A DNA stretch of 32,303 bases from Aquificaceae bacterium. Its GTDB lineage: Bacteria > Aquificota > Aquificia > Aquificales > Aquificaceae. Below, one piece after another: positions 30,360 to 32,303 of this stretch. The stretch is taken from the NCBI GenBank assembly GCA_041640635.1, contig JBEPZX010000014.1:1-32303 (forward strand), read 5' to 3'. A program made the position numbers and the translations under genes. A model generated the notes under the pieces. It was not told where the DNA came from and searched no databases. It worked only from the letters and a program-made list of their open reading frames with translations. Positions within the stretch are counted from its first letter, which is position 1, and the number at the start of each line of letters is the position of its first letter.

Positions 30360-30584
30360 GCTTTTGTGAAAACTGCATCGAACGGGGGAAATGGTAGATA
30401 TGCTTCTGAGCCTTGATACATAACGCTCCGATGGTGATTTTTTTTAAAATCTGAAAAACCTTAATGGAAGTTCGATGCAAAATACATTCATACGAAACGT
30501 ATTGACTTTTTCTGTAATTAGGTTGTTACAATAAAGACAACAAAAGAATTTTGAGCCCCAAGGCGCCCTCCGTGACATGTTTGG
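30360..30584 (+). promoter_or_regulatory. putative CRISPR leader
   Basis: Non-coding stretch abutting R1; 10-bp inverted repeat TGCATCGAAC (30374)/GTTCGATGCA (30470); TTGACT (30502) and extended -10 TGnTACAAT (30524-30532). Confidence 0.7.
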
Positions 30585-30748
30585 GTTTTATCTGAACTAT
30601 GTGGGATATAAAGATTACAATTGACAATTAAACAAAAAGGTATATATTAATTTACCTAAATTAAACTATGTAGGATATAAAGAAATAAAGATTTAACTTT
30701 TTTCTTCCGTAGACCACACGTTTTATCTGAACTGTGTGGGATATGAAG
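30585..30748 (+). CRISPR. orphan CRISPR mini-array: R1 30585-30613, S1 40 nt, degenerate R2 30654-30682, S2 37 nt, R3 30720-30748
   Basis: R1 GTTTTATCTGAACTATGTGGGATATAAAG; R3 differs at 2 of 29 positions; R2 matches 21 of 29 (18 of the last 19); periods 69 and 66 nt; GTTT...AAAG ends typical of Cas6-processed class 1 repeats. Confidence 0.85.
30621..30648 (+). promoter_or_regulatory. sigma70-type promoter inside spacer 1
   Basis: TTGACA (30621-30626)-N16-TATATT (30643-30648). Confidence 0.65.
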
Positions 30749-30774
30749 TAATTTTTGCAAGGAGGTAAGTAATT

Positions 30775-31293
30775 ATGGCTAAGGAACAGGGGAAGAAAAA
30801 CCAGGGGGACAAAACCAAGAAAGAGTTATACACCCTAACCGAGCTATCTGAGCTTTTAGGTATCAAAGAGGGGGTGTTAAAGGAGTGGTGTGAGAGGGGA
30901 GAGATTGCATGTGTGAGGGAGGTAGGACCTAATGGTGTAGTGTATGCGGTAAGAGAAGAGGATGTGGAAAGGGTTGTGAAGAAAGCTAAGGAGTGGATAG
31001 CTGATAGAAAAGCTACTAGCTCCCTGCTAAGAGTTGCTGGCGTTTTTACAGGAATTTTGGCTTGGCTGTTTTTTGTAGGAGGTATTTTCTCTGAGGGTGG
31101 TACCCTTTGGGCTATGACTGGTATTTTCTTCCTCTCTTTTGTGGGACTAATGGTCGCTTCTAATATTATCTCCCCTCAAAAGGAATATAGAAGAAGGAAA
31201 AGGGATGATTGGTGGGAAGATGACAGGAGAAATGATTATTTGGATAATCCAAAGGACTTTGCTAGCCCGCTCTACAGAAGTCCATTTGATTAA
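30775..31293 (+). CDS. excisionase/MerR-like HTH domain fused to two TM helices and a charged tail
   Basis: LYTLTELSELLGIKEGVLKEWCERGEI...YAVREEDVE; two hydrophobic segments; SD AAGGAGGT at 30759-30766. Confidence 0.75.
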   Translation: MAKEQGKKNQGDKTKKELYTLTELSELLGIKEGVLKEWCERGEIACVREVGPNGVVYAVREEDVERVVKKAKEWIADRKATSSLLRVAGVFTGILAWLFFVGGIFSEGGTLWAMTGIFFLSFVGLMVASNIISPQKEYRRRKRDDWWEDDRRNDYLDNPKDFASPLYRSPFD

Positions 31294-31392
31294 AACTTTA
31301 GTGGAAAAGGAGAAAGAAAAGGGGGAAGGAAAAGTAGAAGGGAGGATGAATGGTGGAGTAATCCAATGCACCCAGCTTATCCGCATGATTAA
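31294..31392 (+). pseudogene. in-frame second version of the C-terminus of the preceding gene
   Basis: After the TAA the same frame reads NFSGKGERKGGRKSRREDEWWSNPMHPAYPHD*, paralleling RRRKRDDWW...DNP...SPFD*. Confidence 0.6.
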
Positions 31393-31425
31393 AATTAACT
31401 AAATTTCTCTCCACAATTGGGGGAG

Positions 31426-31468
31426 TAAAGAAGTAGACCTGATCGATCCTGCTTCTATTACTTCTTTA
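31426..31468. terminator. inverted repeat between convergent genes
   Basis: TAAAGAAGTA (31426-31435) / TACTTCTTTA (31459-31468). Confidence 0.5.
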
Positions 31469-31472
31469 TTAT

Positions 31473-32303
31473 TTATGGACCTGCAGGGGTTCCGTCCTTT
31501 GTTATCGTAGGGGAGTCATTAGGTCCGAGTTTCTGTTTTATCTCTTGTAGAGCTTGTCCAGTGCGGTTAATAAATTCCCCTACATCTTCAAGCCTTCTGA
31601 TGAAGACGCTGTCTTTTGGATTATCTAACGCTGTGCTTCTTAATTTTTCTATTTTGGGTTTGTATTTATTGTACAGATCGTTGTATTCTGCTTTAATTTT
31701 ATCTATCTGGGCTTGTACATCTGCTAAATCTACCTTCTCTTTATTTATCTTGTCCATAATTTTGATCGCTTCTGAATACATAAGCTCTAATTGTTTTATG
31801 TCTTCCTTTTCCATTTGTTTTTCGATTTCAGCTTGTGTTCCGGCAACCTTTTGTTGAGTTTGTGCTGTCTTTTCTTCTACCTTCTTACCCAAAAAGCCTG
31901 CGTCCCTTGCGGCGTCTTCAAAATATGTTGTGAGATTTTCACGATTGGTGCTTTCTGCCGCTATTTTTTGAGCTACTTCATCCTTTATACCAAAACCTTT
32001 GAGATCCTGAGCCATCTGCTCCTTGCTTTTAGTCCCAATAGCTAAGTTATTCAACACTGCTATAGCTGCTACTACCGCTTGTTCTTTCGAAAGGTTGTAG
32101 TCCCTCATATAACGATTAGCCAGATTGTCCACCATCTTAGGCACTAAATCAACACTTATCGTATCCGCTTTGTTATACGTTTCTATGGCTTTTTCTATGT
32201 GTGATGCACTTTCTTGGTCACTTATGCTGTGGGCAAGATTTCTTACAAACTGCTGACTATCCTGCCTGCTTAAACTTTCCTCAATAAGTTTCTTTATCTC
32301 TCC
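31473..32303 (-). CDS. C-terminal part of a large coiled-coil protein, TraG (F-type conjugation)-like; 5' end outside window
   Basis: Frame stays open to the window edge (GEIKKLIEESLSRQDSQQFVRNLAHSISDQESASHIEKA...ISVDLVPKMVDNL); helical, S/Q/A/K-rich; family assignment by resemblance only. Confidence 0.45.
   Translation of the reverse strand, partial: GEIKKLIEESLSRQDSQQFVRNLAHSISDQESASHIEKAIETYNKADTISVDLVPKMVDNLANRYMRDYNLSKEQAVVAAIAVLNNLAIGTKSKEQMAQDLKGFGIKDEVAQKIAAESTNRENLTTYFEDAARDAGFLGKKVEEKTAQTQQKVAGTQAEIEKQMEKEDIKQLELMYSEAIKIMDKINKEKVDLADVQAQIDKIKAEYNDLYNKYKPKIEKLRSTALDNPKDSVFIRRLEDVGEFINRTGQALQEIKQKLGPNDSPTITKDGTPAGP

Larger units (their letters stand above)
30614..32303. mobile_element. 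putative end of an integrated (conjugative) element; boundary uncertain
   Basis: Abrupt end of housekeeping genes; excisionase-like HTH and TraG-like ORF; no integrase seen in the window. Confidence 0.4.

Noticed and set aside
30247..30480. 77-aa minus-strand ORF over the leader
   Set aside because: Overlaps coaE in antisense, has no recognisable motif, and the region is better explained as a CRISPR leader.
30606..30616. 10/11 match between the start of spacer 2 and the R1/S1 junction (possible self-repression of the S1 promoter)
   Set aside because: AT-rich, mismatch at seed position 2, and the flanking triplet is GGG inside a repeat; likely chance or a local duplication of the handle.
31205..31402. 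65-aa alternative-frame ORF and its antisense partner (31147-31386)
   Set aside because: Both overlap the HTH-TM gene; the meaningful signal lies in the frame of the 30775 ORF.

Overview
Mostly core chromosome of an Aquificae-like thermophile (judged from protein similarity and the scattered gene order). Positions 1-30335 hold housekeeping and motility genes: an aldehyde dehydrogenase (5'-truncated), dxs, fliLOPQR-flhB, flgA, an SdhB/FrdB Fe-S subunit, groES-groEL, polX-PHP, tRNA-Ser(UGA), ybaB-recR, DsrE-, V4R- and OsmC-like genes, trpA, a Cu P1B-ATPase, rpsP-khpA, minDE, a HAD hydrolase, flgBC-fliEFMN, a TPR protein, tgt, a TauE/SafE transporter, tRNA-Val(GAC), an OmpA-like protein, dtd and coaE. 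The last ~2 kb is the unusual part. After coaE come a CRISPR-like leader and a three-repeat orphan mini-array (29-nt repeat GTTTTATCTGAACTATGTGGGATATAAAG; no cas genes in the window). Its first 'spacer' carries a sigma70 promoter, its middle repeat keeps only its 3' two-thirds, and its last repeat ends 26 nt before the ATG of an excisionase-like HTH/two-TM protein. That gene is followed by an in-frame second version of its own C-terminus, and faces a large TraG-like ORF that runs off the window. My inference is that this is the edge of a conjugative element sitting in or beside a CRISPR array, with a self-transcribed crRNA-like unit and a possibly swappable entry-exclusion tail.
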